Assembly (NCBI GenBank): GCA_965214295.1
Contig: OZ243944.1
Location: 75,693-139,692, forward strand
Length of the DNA: 64,000 nt
Source: Chloroflexota bacterium
Lineage (GTDB): Bacteria > Chloroflexota > UBA11872 > UBA12225 > JAJDUF01
Reading direction: 5' to 3'
The notes under the pieces were generated by a model, which was not told the origin of the DNA, ran no database searches, and worked only from the letters and a program-made list of their open reading frames with translations. The stretch's first letter is position 1, and every line of letters starts with the position of its first letter. The translations under genes were made by a program, and so were the position numbers. Positions 48,420 through 58,119 of this stretch are shown one piece after another.

Positions 48420-48884
48420 TCACAACTGCTTCCAGTGCTCCTTTGCTTGGATGCGCTCGGCATTCATCAATATCTTGCCGGCAGTTTCGAGAAAGATTCG
48501 TTTCTCCTCCTCGCTAATGCCGCTGTAGAGTAGCTCGTCGACCTCCCGGGCAGCTTGGGTGATGTGGGGCATGAGCGCCAGCGCTGCTTCGGTCAGCTTC
48601 AGCTTGACCACGCGCCGGTCGCGCTGCAACCGGGTCCTCCGCAGCAGGCCCATCCGGCTCAGATTGGTCACGTGCCGGCTGATGGTGGCGGTATCTATGG
48701 GGATAAAGTCCGCCAGCCCCGTGACGGTGTTCGCTTGGCCGGTGTAGCACCTGACCAGGATACTCATATGGATCGGGATGATCCTAAATGGTGCTAACCC
48801 CTCCTCCATCGATCGGGCAATGGCGTTGGTAAGATTGATGGACCACATGGACCCCAAGGTGTCTCCCAGCCATTCGTCATCCAT
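48420..48884 (-). CDS. MarR family transcriptional regulator
   Basis: ID.ATISRHV..L...GLL.R.....DRR...LKLT. Confidence 0.88.
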   Translation of the reverse strand: MDDEWLGDTLGSMWSINLTNAIARSMEEGLAPFRIIPIHMSILVRCYTGQANTVTGLADFIPIDTATISRHVTNLSRMGLLRRTRLQRDRRVVKLKLTEAALALMPHITQAAREVDELLYSGISEEEKRIFLETAGKILMNAERIQAKEHWKQL

Positions 48885-49207
48885 ACTCACCAGCACCCCC
48901 AGTGCGAGTACCTGCCGGATGCGTCCCAGTTCAGGGGGAGAGTGTATACTACATCCGCAATCGTTGTCAAGGCAAGGAATTATCTGTGCAGCCGGACAGC
49001 TGGGGAAACGGCGCAACCGGGGACAGCGGTATGACGGGCGGTCCCGCCGCGCCGGGGGCGGTTGACCGAGGGCCTCCTGCGGGAGGCGCACGTCAGCGGC
49101 ACGGCTGGCCGCCTCTCTCGCCAGCGCGCTGGCGGATGCCGAGCAACCCGGTGCCCGACGGGACGGTTCTGCCGCAATCCTGCTGGAGTGAGAAGAGAGG
49201 AAATCAG

Positions 49208-49942
49208 ATGCCCAAATCCATGGTCAAGCGGGCTGTGGCGCTACTGGTCGTAATGCTGTTGGCCAGCGGTTGCGGCTCCGGCAATGGGGATGCCGGAACG
49301 GGGACCGCCCTCCCGGAAATCGGTGCAACGGGAGCCGCCCCCGGCCAAGGCGGAAAGTCGGAGTTCGTGGCGGAGGTGTGGGTCGACAATTGGTTCGCTC
49401 TCTACGTTGACGGGGAGCTGGTGGGCGAGGACTCGACGCCGATCACGACAGAGCGTTCCTTCAACGCCGAGACCATCGCCTTCACCGCCACCTACCCCCT
49501 GACCATCGCCATCGAGGCCAAGGACTTCAAGGAGACCGATTCGGGGATTGAGTACATCGGTGAGCGTAACCAGCAGATGGGCGACGGCGGTCTCATTGCA
49601 CAGATCACCGACGTGGGCACGGGGAAGGTCGTGGCCGTCACCAATAGCGGCTGGAGGTTGAAGGTGATCCACCGCGCGCCCCTGAACCCCGAGTGCGAGA
49701 AGGCCTCGGACCCGGACGCCGCCTGCCGGTTCGAGCGCATGGAGGCCCCGCCAGGCTGGTCCAGCGCCGATTTCGATGATGGCGGCTGGAGCGCCGCCAC
49801 CGAATGGACAGCGGCCGATGTGCGCCCCAAGGACGGCTACAATACGATCCACTGGGACGGATCGGCCCGACTGATTTGGGGCAGCGACCTGGAGGTGGAC
49901 AACACCATTCTCCTGCGCCTGACCATCCCTGCTCCGGCCTGA
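49208..49942 (+). CDS. Putative lipoprotein (beta-sandwich/lectin-like)
   Basis: Lipobox LASGC; WVDNWF.LYVDG, DFDD..W..A. Confidence 0.75.
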   Translation: MPKSMVKRAVALLVVMLLASGCGSGNGDAGTGTALPEIGATGAAPGQGGKSEFVAEVWVDNWFALYVDGELVGEDSTPITTERSFNAETIAFTATYPLTIAIEAKDFKETDSGIEYIGERNQQMGDGGLIAQITDVGTGKVVAVTNSGWRLKVIHRAPLNPECEKASDPDAACRFERMEAPPGWSSADFDDGGWSAATEWTAADVRPKDGYNTIHWDGSARLIWGSDLEVDNTILLRLTIPAPA

Positions 49943-50120
49943 GCCGCCGGCTGCCGCCGGAGGGCCCGCTCCCGGCCTCGCGATAGTCTCCCCGCTTTCG
50001 CAGGGGGACGTGGATTCCCGCGTGCGCGGGATATGGGAGGGACGCGGCCCTCTCTTGCAACTGCTACTATGGAGCACCTTCTGCGGTAGTCGCGCGTCAC
50101 CGGCACTGTGCAGCACGTCT

Positions 50121-50831
50121 ATGCAGCTCTATATCATCCGCCACGCGCAGTCGTTCAATAATGCCCTCACCGATCGGTCGGAGCGGGTATCCGATCCGCC
50201 GCTCACGGCGCTCGGCGAGCAGCAAGCGGCGCGGCTGGCCGCGCATCTCGCCAGCGCGTCAGCAGCAGCCGGTCGGCCAAGTTCAGGCGCATCCTATGTA
50301 GACCGCACCAGCCTCCGCTTCACGCGCCTGTTCACCAGCGCGATGCGCCGTTCGCTGCAAACGGCCGCGCCCATCGGTCAAGCCATCGGCCGGCAACCGG
50401 AAGTCTGGGTAGATATTCACGAGACGGGGGGCGTCTTTCTCGCCTCCCATGAAGGGCGCGGGCTACCGGGCCTGAAGCGGGCCGAGATGGCGGCGCAGTT
50501 CCCGAGTATTCGGCTGTCGCCGGAGGTGGCGGAGGATGGCTGGTGGAATCGCGGACGGGAGACCGAGGAGGAGTGGATGGGGCGGGCGGTGCGTGTCGCA
50601 GCGGAGCTGCGCGAACGCTATGCCGGTACCGACGAGTGCATTGGCTTGGTGACGCATGGCGGGTTCGCTGTCGTCCTGCTCGCTACCTTGTTCCGGCACA
50701 CCATGCCGCCGCCGGTGATCTTCCCCCACCTCAATACGGCTATCACCCGCCTCGACTTCACCGACGACGGGACGATAGTGGTGCAGTATTTCAATCGGGT
50801 GGAGCACCTGCCGTCCGAGCTGTTGACGTGA
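50121..50831 (+). CDS. Histidine phosphatase family protein
   Basis: IIRHAQS, LT.LG.QQA, S.M.R..QTA, VTHGG. Confidence 0.92.
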   Translation: MQLYIIRHAQSFNNALTDRSERVSDPPLTALGEQQAARLAAHLASASAAAGRPSSGASYVDRTSLRFTRLFTSAMRRSLQTAAPIGQAIGRQPEVWVDIHETGGVFLASHEGRGLPGLKRAEMAAQFPSIRLSPEVAEDGWWNRGRETEEEWMGRAVRVAAELRERYAGTDECIGLVTHGGFAVVLLATLFRHTMPPPVIFPHLNTAITRLDFTDDGTIVVQYFNRVEHLPSELLT

Positions 50832-51002
50832 GCGGGTGTATGCTGCGGGCAGGGGATGTGCCGGCGGCAGGACAGTGTGCCGGCAGCAGATGGGGGCCAC
50901 ACCCCCCTCTCCCCGTGGGAGAGGGGCCCGGGGGTGAGGGCTAACTTGCCGCCCGTAACTGGATGCCGGCGTAAGCCGGTATAACGGGAGGGACGCGCCA
51001 AC

Positions 51003-52709
51003 ATGCCAGCCGGCACCGGCACAGTCAAGCGGAACGTCGCGGCGCGGATGCGCGACGGCACCAGCCTCCGCGCCGATATCTACCTGCCGCGGGGCAGCGG
51101 GCCTTTTCCTACCCTGGTCTGTCGCACGCCCTACAGCAAAGCGCGCGACGTTCACGTCGAGATGGCGGCGCAGCTCGCGGAACGGGGGTATCTGGTCGTC
51201 GTCCAGGACGTGCGCGGACGGTATGCCTCCGAGGGCACGTTCCGGCCCGGTTTCTACAGCGCGGAGCACAACGACGCCGCGGACGGCTACGACACGGTGG
51301 AGTGGGCGGCGCAGCTCCCGTGGGCCGATGGCAAGGTGGGCACGTTCGGCAATTCGTATTGCGGCTGGACGCAGTGGGAGCTGGCCCACACGCGGCCACC
51401 GCACCTGGTCGCCATGCTCCCGCAAGGGATCGCTGCCAGTCTGCTCGACCGCGAGCTATCGGGTGTGCTGCGGCTGGGGCGGGTGCTCTGGTGGACGATC
51501 AATACGCTGGCCCCGGACGAGCGGCGCCGCGCCGGCGATGCGTCCGGCCCGCACACGGCGGCCGAGGCCGAGCGGATGTGGGAGGAGCGGGACCGCAGCA
51601 AGTGGCTGTGGTACCTGCCGCTGGCGGACATTCCCGACGCGGTGATGTTCGGCATGGGTGAGCATTGGCGGCGCTGGCTGGCCGATCATACGACCGACTA
51701 TTTCGACTTCCTGGACAAGCACCGGCAGGTGGCAGTACCAGCGCTCAGTACCACGGGCTGGTACGACCAGCAGATCGGCACCATCAAGCACTTCACCGGG
51801 ATGCGCCGGCAGGGGATGACAGCGCGCGCCAGGGAGCAGCAGCATCTCATCATCGGCCCCTGGACGCACACGAGCACGGACTGGCAGCGACGGCTCGGCG
51901 AGGTGGACTTCGGGCCGGCGGCGCAGCGGGACTACTACGAGGTGGCCGATCAGTGGTTCGGCTACTGGCTGCGGGGCGAGCGGAACGAGGTGGAGGACTG
52001 GCCGCCGATCCGTCTGTTCGTGATGGGGGCGAACCGGTGGCGGGACGAGCACGAGTGGCCGCTGGCGCGCACGGTGTTCACCGAGTTTTTCCTGCACAGT
52101 GGCGGCGCCGCGAACACGGCCGCCGGAGACGGGTCGCTCTCGCAGCGACCGCCCCACGACGAGCTGCCGGACGAGTACGTCTACGACCCACGCGACCCGG
52201 TGATGACGCTCTATACGCCAGCGGGTCAGCATGAGCCGCACGACCAGCGACCGTTGGACGGGCGGTGCGACGTGCTCGTGTATCGCACGCCGCCGCTGAC
52301 AGAGGCGCTGGAAGTGACCGGGCCGATTACCATGCGGCTGTGGGCGGCCTCGACGGCGAGGGATACCGACTTTACGGTGAAAGTGGTGGATCGCCGGCCC
52401 GACGGGTTCGCGCAGGAGCTTTGTCACGGGATCGTCCGCGCCCGCTACCGCGATTCGCTGACGCAGCCGACGCTGCTGGAGCCAGGCCGGGCCTACGAAT
52501 ACACCATCGCGGTCAACCCGACCGGCAATCTGTTCCGGCGCGGCCACCGGCTGGAGGTCCACGTTGCGAGTAGCGACTTCCCGAACTTCGACCGCAACCA
52601 CAACACCGGCGGCAACGACTACGCCGAGACGGCGCTCGTCACGGCGCGGCAGACCATCTTTCACGACGCTGCGCGGCCATCGCGCGTGATTTTGCCGGTC
52701 ATTCCGTGA
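51003..52709 (+). CDS. CocE/NonD family hydrolase
   Basis: MRDG..L.ADIY.P, RTPY, QDVRGR..SEG, GNSY, GWYD, GPWTH. Confidence 0.94.
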   Translation: MPAGTGTVKRNVAARMRDGTSLRADIYLPRGSGPFPTLVCRTPYSKARDVHVEMAAQLAERGYLVVVQDVRGRYASEGTFRPGFYSAEHNDAADGYDTVEWAAQLPWADGKVGTFGNSYCGWTQWELAHTRPPHLVAMLPQGIAASLLDRELSGVLRLGRVLWWTINTLAPDERRRAGDASGPHTAAEAERMWEERDRSKWLWYLPLADIPDAVMFGMGEHWRRWLADHTTDYFDFLDKHRQVAVPALSTTGWYDQQIGTIKHFTGMRRQGMTARAREQQHLIIGPWTHTSTDWQRRLGEVDFGPAAQRDYYEVADQWFGYWLRGERNEVEDWPPIRLFVMGANRWRDEHEWPLARTVFTEFFLHSGGAANTAAGDGSLSQRPPHDELPDEYVYDPRDPVMTLYTPAGQHEPHDQRPLDGRCDVLVYRTPPLTEALEVTGPITMRLWAASTARDTDFTVKVVDRRPDGFAQELCHGIVRARYRDSLTQPTLLEPGRAYEYTIAVNPTGNLFRRGHRLEVHVASSDFPNFDRNHNTGGNDYAETALVTARQTIFHDAARPSRVILPVIP

Positions 52710-52938
52710 GCTTAATGGGGTAGTGGAGCACCGCCCCCGCTCCGCAGGGGCAGGGAGGGGCAGTACCACTATTCCCCTGCGGCGAGTGTGGACCATTGCC
52801 CGCCCCCCTATCCTGATCATCCTGCTTCTGACAATCCCCGGCTCCCCTATCCTATGAGGTACAATAGCGAGCGCCGGCCCCGGCCGGTAGGTGGCGAGGA
52901 GCACAGCCGCCCGTCGGCAGCATAAGAAGGAGAGTCGT

Positions 52939-54018
52939 ATGCAGTACGGGTACTTCACGATGCCGTTGCATCCACCCGGCTCGGACTTCACGCAGACGGT
53001 CGAAGCGGACTTGCAGCAGATCGTCACCTTGGACCAGCTGGGATTTCACGAGGCCTGGATTGGTGAGCACTTTACGGCGGTCTGGGAGAATATCCCGGCG
53101 CCGGACCTGTTTATTGCCAATGCGCTCGGTCGCACCAAGCGGATCAAGCTCGGCACGGGCGTTGCCTGTCTCCCGAACCACCATCCGCTGATGCTGGCCC
53201 AACGCATCGCGCAGCTCGACCACATGGCGCAAGGGCGCTTCTACTTCGGGATCGGCTCCGGGGGTTTTCCCGGCGACTTCGAGCTGTTCAAGGTGGATGT
53301 CAAAGAGGGTGAGCACCGCGGCTTGACGACCGACATGATCGAGCTGGTGCTCAGGCTGTGGGATGACCCGTCGCCCGGTGACTACGATCACAAGTTCTGG
53401 CGGTTCACGGTGCCGGAGCGGCGCGAGGAGATCGGGCTGTGGCTGCACATGAAGCCGTACCAGCAGCCGCACCCGCCCATCGCCGTAGCCGGGGTGTCGC
53501 CCAAGTCCGAGACGCTGCACATGGCGAGCGAGCGCGGCTGGATGCCCATGAGCATCAACATCGTGCCATCCCGTATCCTCGCCAGCCATTGGGAGGCGGT
53601 GGCCGAGGGAGCGCAGCGGGTTGGCCGGGTTGCCGACCGGTCAACCTGGCGGGTGGCCCGCGATGTCTACGTGGCCGAGAGCACCGAGCAGGCGAGGCGT
53701 GAGGTGCTCGAAGGGGTGGTCGCGCGCGATTGGAACGGCTATTTCTTCCCGCTGCTGAGGTACTCCAAATTGCTGGAGATACTGAAGGTTGACCCGGAGA
53801 TGCCCGACGACGATCTGAACGTCGAGTACATGCTGGACAACGTCTGGATCGTCGGCGACCCCGATGAGGTCGCGCGCCAAGTGCGCCAGCTCTACCAGGA
53901 CCTCGGCGGGTTCGGCGTGCTGCTACTCATGGGGCACGAATGGTCCCCGCCCGGCCGGTGGGAACGCTCCATGGATCTGTTCGTCAACGAGGTCATGCCT
54001 CAACTACAGGACCTCTGA
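52939..54018 (+). CDS. LLM class flavin-dependent monooxygenase
   Basis: FTMPLHP, EAWIGEHF, IKLGTGV, LDHM..GR, KPYQ.PHPPI. Confidence 0.92.
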   Translation: MQYGYFTMPLHPPGSDFTQTVEADLQQIVTLDQLGFHEAWIGEHFTAVWENIPAPDLFIANALGRTKRIKLGTGVACLPNHHPLMLAQRIAQLDHMAQGRFYFGIGSGGFPGDFELFKVDVKEGEHRGLTTDMIELVLRLWDDPSPGDYDHKFWRFTVPERREEIGLWLHMKPYQQPHPPIAVAGVSPKSETLHMASERGWMPMSINIVPSRILASHWEAVAEGAQRVGRVADRSTWRVARDVYVAESTEQARREVLEGVVARDWNGYFFPLLRYSKLLEILKVDPEMPDDDLNVEYMLDNVWIVGDPDEVARQVRQLYQDLGGFGVLLLMGHEWSPPGRWERSMDLFVNEVMPQLQDL

Positions 54019-54206
54019 GCTACATCAGTGGTGGGGTGCAGGCCCCCCTATGGTCCCCCTGCTCCACAGGGGGACCGGGGCAACCACAAGGGTTGCCCCT
54101 ACAGCGGCTACCCGGCACCACCAACCTTGTAGGGACGGCCCTGGTGGGCGCCCTGGATTCCGGCTTGCGCCGCAATGACGAGTGCCTGGCGCAACGTGCT
54201 GTGCCC

Positions 54207-56222
54207 CTACTTCTCTTGCTGCGGCAGGGGCACGCAACCGCCGTGCCAAGGGAAGGCGTAGGTCGGTTGGTTGACGAAGCGGCGTAGCCCCATATCGAGG
54301 CGGATGGTGGTGGCCGGGGGGAGCCAGACGGAGCAATAGGTGCCGTTCACCGGTACCGTGCGGACCGTGTGAGTACGCTCCTCCCGCAGCCAGGCCCGTG
54401 GATCCTGTGCCTGATGTGCCTGGAGTTCCTCCCGGTAGCGAATCTCCGTGAATTGATGCTCGCCAAAGGCCCCGGCCTGCACAATCACGGTACGGGTGGC
54501 ACTCGTGCCGGTGTTCACCAGTTGGATGCCGACTCGGTCGGGTGAGAGCGTATCCACCAGGGCGCTCACGTCCGGGGGCAGGCCGGGTCGCGCGCGGTGG
54601 GGGTCGAAGTAGCGGACGGTGGCGCGGAGCAGGCCGCCGTTGTAGACGGACTCCGGTGCGCCCAAGGCCACCTGCGTCAGTCCCTTGGTGAGCACGGCGT
54701 GGGGTGGCGAGCGGTTTTCGGCGATGAGCGTCGCCACGTCGCGCTCGTCGCGGCGCATCGCCGTGAGCGTCTCGACGGCAAGCTGGTACTCGGCCCGCAG
54801 GATGTCCTCCGGCCAGCTAGGATTCCGGCCGTCGTAGTATTGGAAGCGTGCAAACTCGGTATTGCCACTGTTCTTCTCGCCCTCGCTCGGCACCTGATTC
54901 CAGTCGCGCTCCCGCTCGCCGGCCCGAACCTGGGCGATGAGTGCATGGTCCTCCGGCGATAGTGAAGCGTGGTACAGATGCGCCAACTCCTGCATCCGCA
55001 GCGGGCGGAAGTCCTCCCAACCGTGCGGCCCGTGCTTGTGGGGCACGAGCAGCTGTCCGTCGTCTCGCGTGCGTGCGTGGCGCAGGAGTAGCCGGAGCTG
55101 CGAGCGCAGTAGCTCCAGGTAGCCGAAGTCGCCGCTGAGTAAGAGCGCGCACTCGGCGGCAACGGTGAGCGAATGGAACATCACGTTGAAGCCGCCGAAG
55201 TGGTACCAGCCGTAGAGACCGCCCCACCATTGACCGCCGCGCTGCTCGCCGATCTTCCCCGTCGGCCCCACGTTGTCTGGCATGATCCCGCCGTTACGGC
55301 GCATGCGGTCGAGCCAGACGTCCACGTACTCCAGCACCCAGCGTTTGTATTTCTCATCGCCGGTGTACAGATAGGCATTGGTCACGAGGGCCGTGGCGCC
55401 GAGCGTGTTGGGAATGTCGCCGTTCAGCACGATGTCGTCGAATAGCTCGATGATCTCGTCGCGTCGCGCCGGAGTTTGCTCCCAGTCCTGCTCCAGGGCC
55501 TCGATGACCGGGTGGAGGGTGGCCCGCACGCCGTAATAGCGGTAGCCGGCGCCCTTGCCGCCCTCCAGCCAGGCGATCACCTCCTCAGCATTGGCGTGCA
55601 AGAAGGGGCCTGTACTGCCGTGGATGGGGGAGCGGATGATCTTGTAGCGCGGATCGTAGTTTGGCGCCGCCGGGTCCTCGCCCATGAACATGGCCGCGAA
55701 GCGCCGCGCGCGGCTCACGTTCTCGGCGCTGGTCGGATCGGCGAGACCAAAGTGGTAGAAGGCCATGTTGCCTTCGCTCTGATGGTGCCAGTCCGAAATC
55801 CAACGCCGGCCGGCGCGGTACGACGGACGCTCGCCGGGCGGCACGGTCAGGCCGTAGTACTCGTTGTGTGTCTGCGGGAGATACCAGAGGTAAAACGGAT
55901 GCCGCCGGCCGCTAGCGCACGCTCGCGTCATCGCGTTCCACGAGCGGAGAGCCAAGTCATGTACGTGCCGGTCGGCGCCCAACGCATAGAAGAGGCTCCA
56001 GTTGTAGACCCGCTCATAGAGATCATCTATATCATCCGCGAAGTAGATGATGCCGCCGGGATCGGCGTACTTGGCCATCATTACCTCGGCCGCCTGCTCC
56101 ATGAGCGCGATGAGCTGGCGCTGCAACAGCGCCCACGCCGGAGGAGCAGCGACCTCGGTGGCCGTCAGCGTCACCATGTCCGGGAGAGAGACGGCGTTCG
56201 GTAGGACGTTGGTCGTTGTCAT
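54207..56222 (-). CDS. Conserved hypothetical protein (about 670 aa)
   Basis: Long ORF, RBS AGGAGAG; DWHH.SEG, PDNVGP.G.IG, QAGAFGEH motifs; function not recognised. Confidence 0.75.
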   Translation of the reverse strand: MTTTNVLPNAVSLPDMVTLTATEVAAPPAWALLQRQLIALMEQAAEVMMAKYADPGGIIYFADDIDDLYERVYNWSLFYALGADRHVHDLALRSWNAMTRACASGRRHPFYLWYLPQTHNEYYGLTVPPGERPSYRAGRRWISDWHHQSEGNMAFYHFGLADPTSAENVSRARRFAAMFMGEDPAAPNYDPRYKIIRSPIHGSTGPFLHANAEEVIAWLEGGKGAGYRYYGVRATLHPVIEALEQDWEQTPARRDEIIELFDDIVLNGDIPNTLGATALVTNAYLYTGDEKYKRWVLEYVDVWLDRMRRNGGIMPDNVGPTGKIGEQRGGQWWGGLYGWYHFGGFNVMFHSLTVAAECALLLSGDFGYLELLRSQLRLLLRHARTRDDGQLLVPHKHGPHGWEDFRPLRMQELAHLYHASLSPEDHALIAQVRAGERERDWNQVPSEGEKNSGNTEFARFQYYDGRNPSWPEDILRAEYQLAVETLTAMRRDERDVATLIAENRSPPHAVLTKGLTQVALGAPESVYNGGLLRATVRYFDPHRARPGLPPDVSALVDTLSPDRVGIQLVNTGTSATRTVIVQAGAFGEHQFTEIRYREELQAHQAQDPRAWLREERTHTVRTVPVNGTYCSVWLPPATTIRLDMGLRRFVNQPTYAFPWHGGCVPLPQQEK

Positions 56223-56245
56223 GTAGCATCTCCTCCTAGCTGGCC

Positions 56246-57076
56246 TCACCATGCCGTCCAACCGCCATCCACGATGAGGTTCTGCCCGGTAACCCAAGCC
56301 GAGGCCTCGGACCCCAGGAAGACCACGGCGCCCTTCAGGTCCGTGTCGTTGCCCATCCGACCGAGCGGCGTGCGGTGGTTGTAGCCGGCGACGAACAGCT
56401 CCTCGTAGTCGGAACGTTCCGTGAACGCCTTATTGTAGAAGCCACCGGGGGCGATGGAGTTCACCCGGATGTTATCGGGCGCGAGGTAGGTCGCCAGCCA
56501 GCGCGTGAACTGGATGATCCCCGCCTTGACCGCTCCGTACTCAGGCGGGTTGTTGATGCCGCTTTGGCCGTAGATGCGGTGGTCAGGCGAGATCACGCCA
56601 TAGAACGAGGCGATATTGACAATAGTGCCGCCATGCTGCTCCTTCATCACCTTACTGACGGACTGGGAGCAGAGGAACGTGCTGTGCAAGGCGCCCCGCG
56701 CGGCGGCCTCCCAATACTCCAGCGTGAGGTCCTCGAAGGTCGCGCCCACGCCGGCCCCGCTGTAGGCGTTGTTCACCAGCACGTCAATGCGCCCGAACTT
56801 GTCCCTGACGGCGTCGATCATGGCCTGGACCTGGTCCGGTTCGGTCACGTCGGCCCGTACAGCGAACGCCTCCGCGTGCGACGCGCTGAGTGCCGCGGCC
56901 TTGCGCTGGCAATTCTCCAGGTTGCGGGACGCGACAACTACGTGCGCGCCGACTTCGGCCAAGGCGTCGCATAGTTGCGAGCCGAGCTTGCCGGCGCCGC
57001 CCGTCACAATGGCGACCCGGCCCTTGAGACTGAACAGCTCCATCACGTTCATCGCTGCCTCCCTATCTAGCATCAT
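56246..57076 (-). CDS. SDR family oxidoreductase
   Basis: TGGAGKLG, NNA, YGAVK, VDGG. Confidence 0.93.
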   Translation of the reverse strand: MMLDREAAMNVMELFSLKGRVAIVTGGAGKLGSQLCDALAEVGAHVVVASRNLENCQRKAAALSASHAEAFAVRADVTEPDQVQAMIDAVRDKFGRIDVLVNNAYSGAGVGATFEDLTLEYWEAAARGALHSTFLCSQSVSKVMKEQHGGTIVNIASFYGVISPDHRIYGQSGINNPPEYGAVKAGIIQFTRWLATYLAPDNIRVNSIAPGGFYNKAFTERSDYEELFVAGYNHRTPLGRMGNDTDLKGAVVFLGSEASAWVTGQNLIVDGGWTAW

Positions 57077-57173
57077 AGCGCCAGTATCGGTTCTCGGCTC
57101 CCCGTCGTTGCTCTGCAAATGGCTTTCAGGCCGCTTGGAGGATGACGGTGAGGGCCACCGCTCGCCCGCCCCC

Positions 57174-57815
57174 TTACGTCACCTTCCACGCTACGCTCAG
57201 GCCCTCGCCGACCGGCAGGATCGTGCCCAGCAGCCGTGGATCGGTGGCGATCAGCCGATTGTAGCGGCGCAGCGCCTGCACCGACTCGGACAACAGAGCC
57301 TCGTCGTACACTGCCACCCGGGGACCGAGCGTCAGCACATTGTCCGCCAGGATCAGTCCGCCCGGCCGCACGAGGCGCAGTGCTTCCGCCAGGTAGTCGG
57401 GATATGGCGGCTTGTCGGCGTCAATGAAGACCATGTCCACACTCTCGGCAGCGCGGGCCGCCAGCGTCTCGCGGGCGTCGCCGACTGTCACCGTCACCCG
57501 CTCGGCCACCCCGGCCTGCCGGAGGTGGGCACGGGCCATCGCTGCGCGTTGCGGATCAAGCTCCAGGGTCTCCAAGTGGCCGTCCGCAGGCAAACCACGG
57601 GCAATCCAGATAGCCGAGTAGCCGGTGCAGGTGCCGATCTCCAGTACTCGCCGTGCGCCGATCATGCGACACAGCAGTTGCAGCACCCGTCCGGATTCCG
57701 GCGCTATCGCCGGCACACCTAGCTCCCGCGCCTTCGCCCCGATAGCGCGCAGCGCGTCGTCTTCCATCACGATCTGCCGGCGTAGGTAGCGAGTAACGTC
57801 TGCATCGAGATACAT
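57174..57815 (-). CDS. O-methyltransferase (COMT/CCoAOMT family)
   Basis: VLEIGT.TGYS, FIDADK..Y, GGLILADN. Confidence 0.93.
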   Translation of the reverse strand: MYLDADVTRYLRRQIVMEDDALRAIGAKARELGVPAIAPESGRVLQLLCRMIGARRVLEIGTCTGYSAIWIARGLPADGHLETLELDPQRAAMARAHLRQAGVAERVTVTVGDARETLAARAAESVDMVFIDADKPPYPDYLAEALRLVRPGGLILADNVLTLGPRVAVYDEALLSESVQALRRYNRLIATDPRLLGTILPVGEGLSVAWKVT

Positions 57816-58119
57816 CATGCTCTCCTCCGCTGGTCCGTTGGTGCCGTACTCCCCCGGTGCTGGCTTGACGTGCCTAGGGGAATAGAGTATTGTTCACTCA
57901 GGATACACACCTGGTACATCGCCTGCGTAGCCGGTGTGACCCCTTGGCTGAGTACGGCCCGTACATTGAAGCAGGCGGCTACGCCGGTTGCAGGAGGTGA
58001 ACAAAGGGCACACGCACACGGCTGCACACTGTTCTAGTTCGCTCGGCCCCCTTCATGGGGGTGGAGTTGGGCAGCTACAAAGAGTCGGTGCAAGCGGAAG
58101 CTTGCGGGAGGAGAATATC

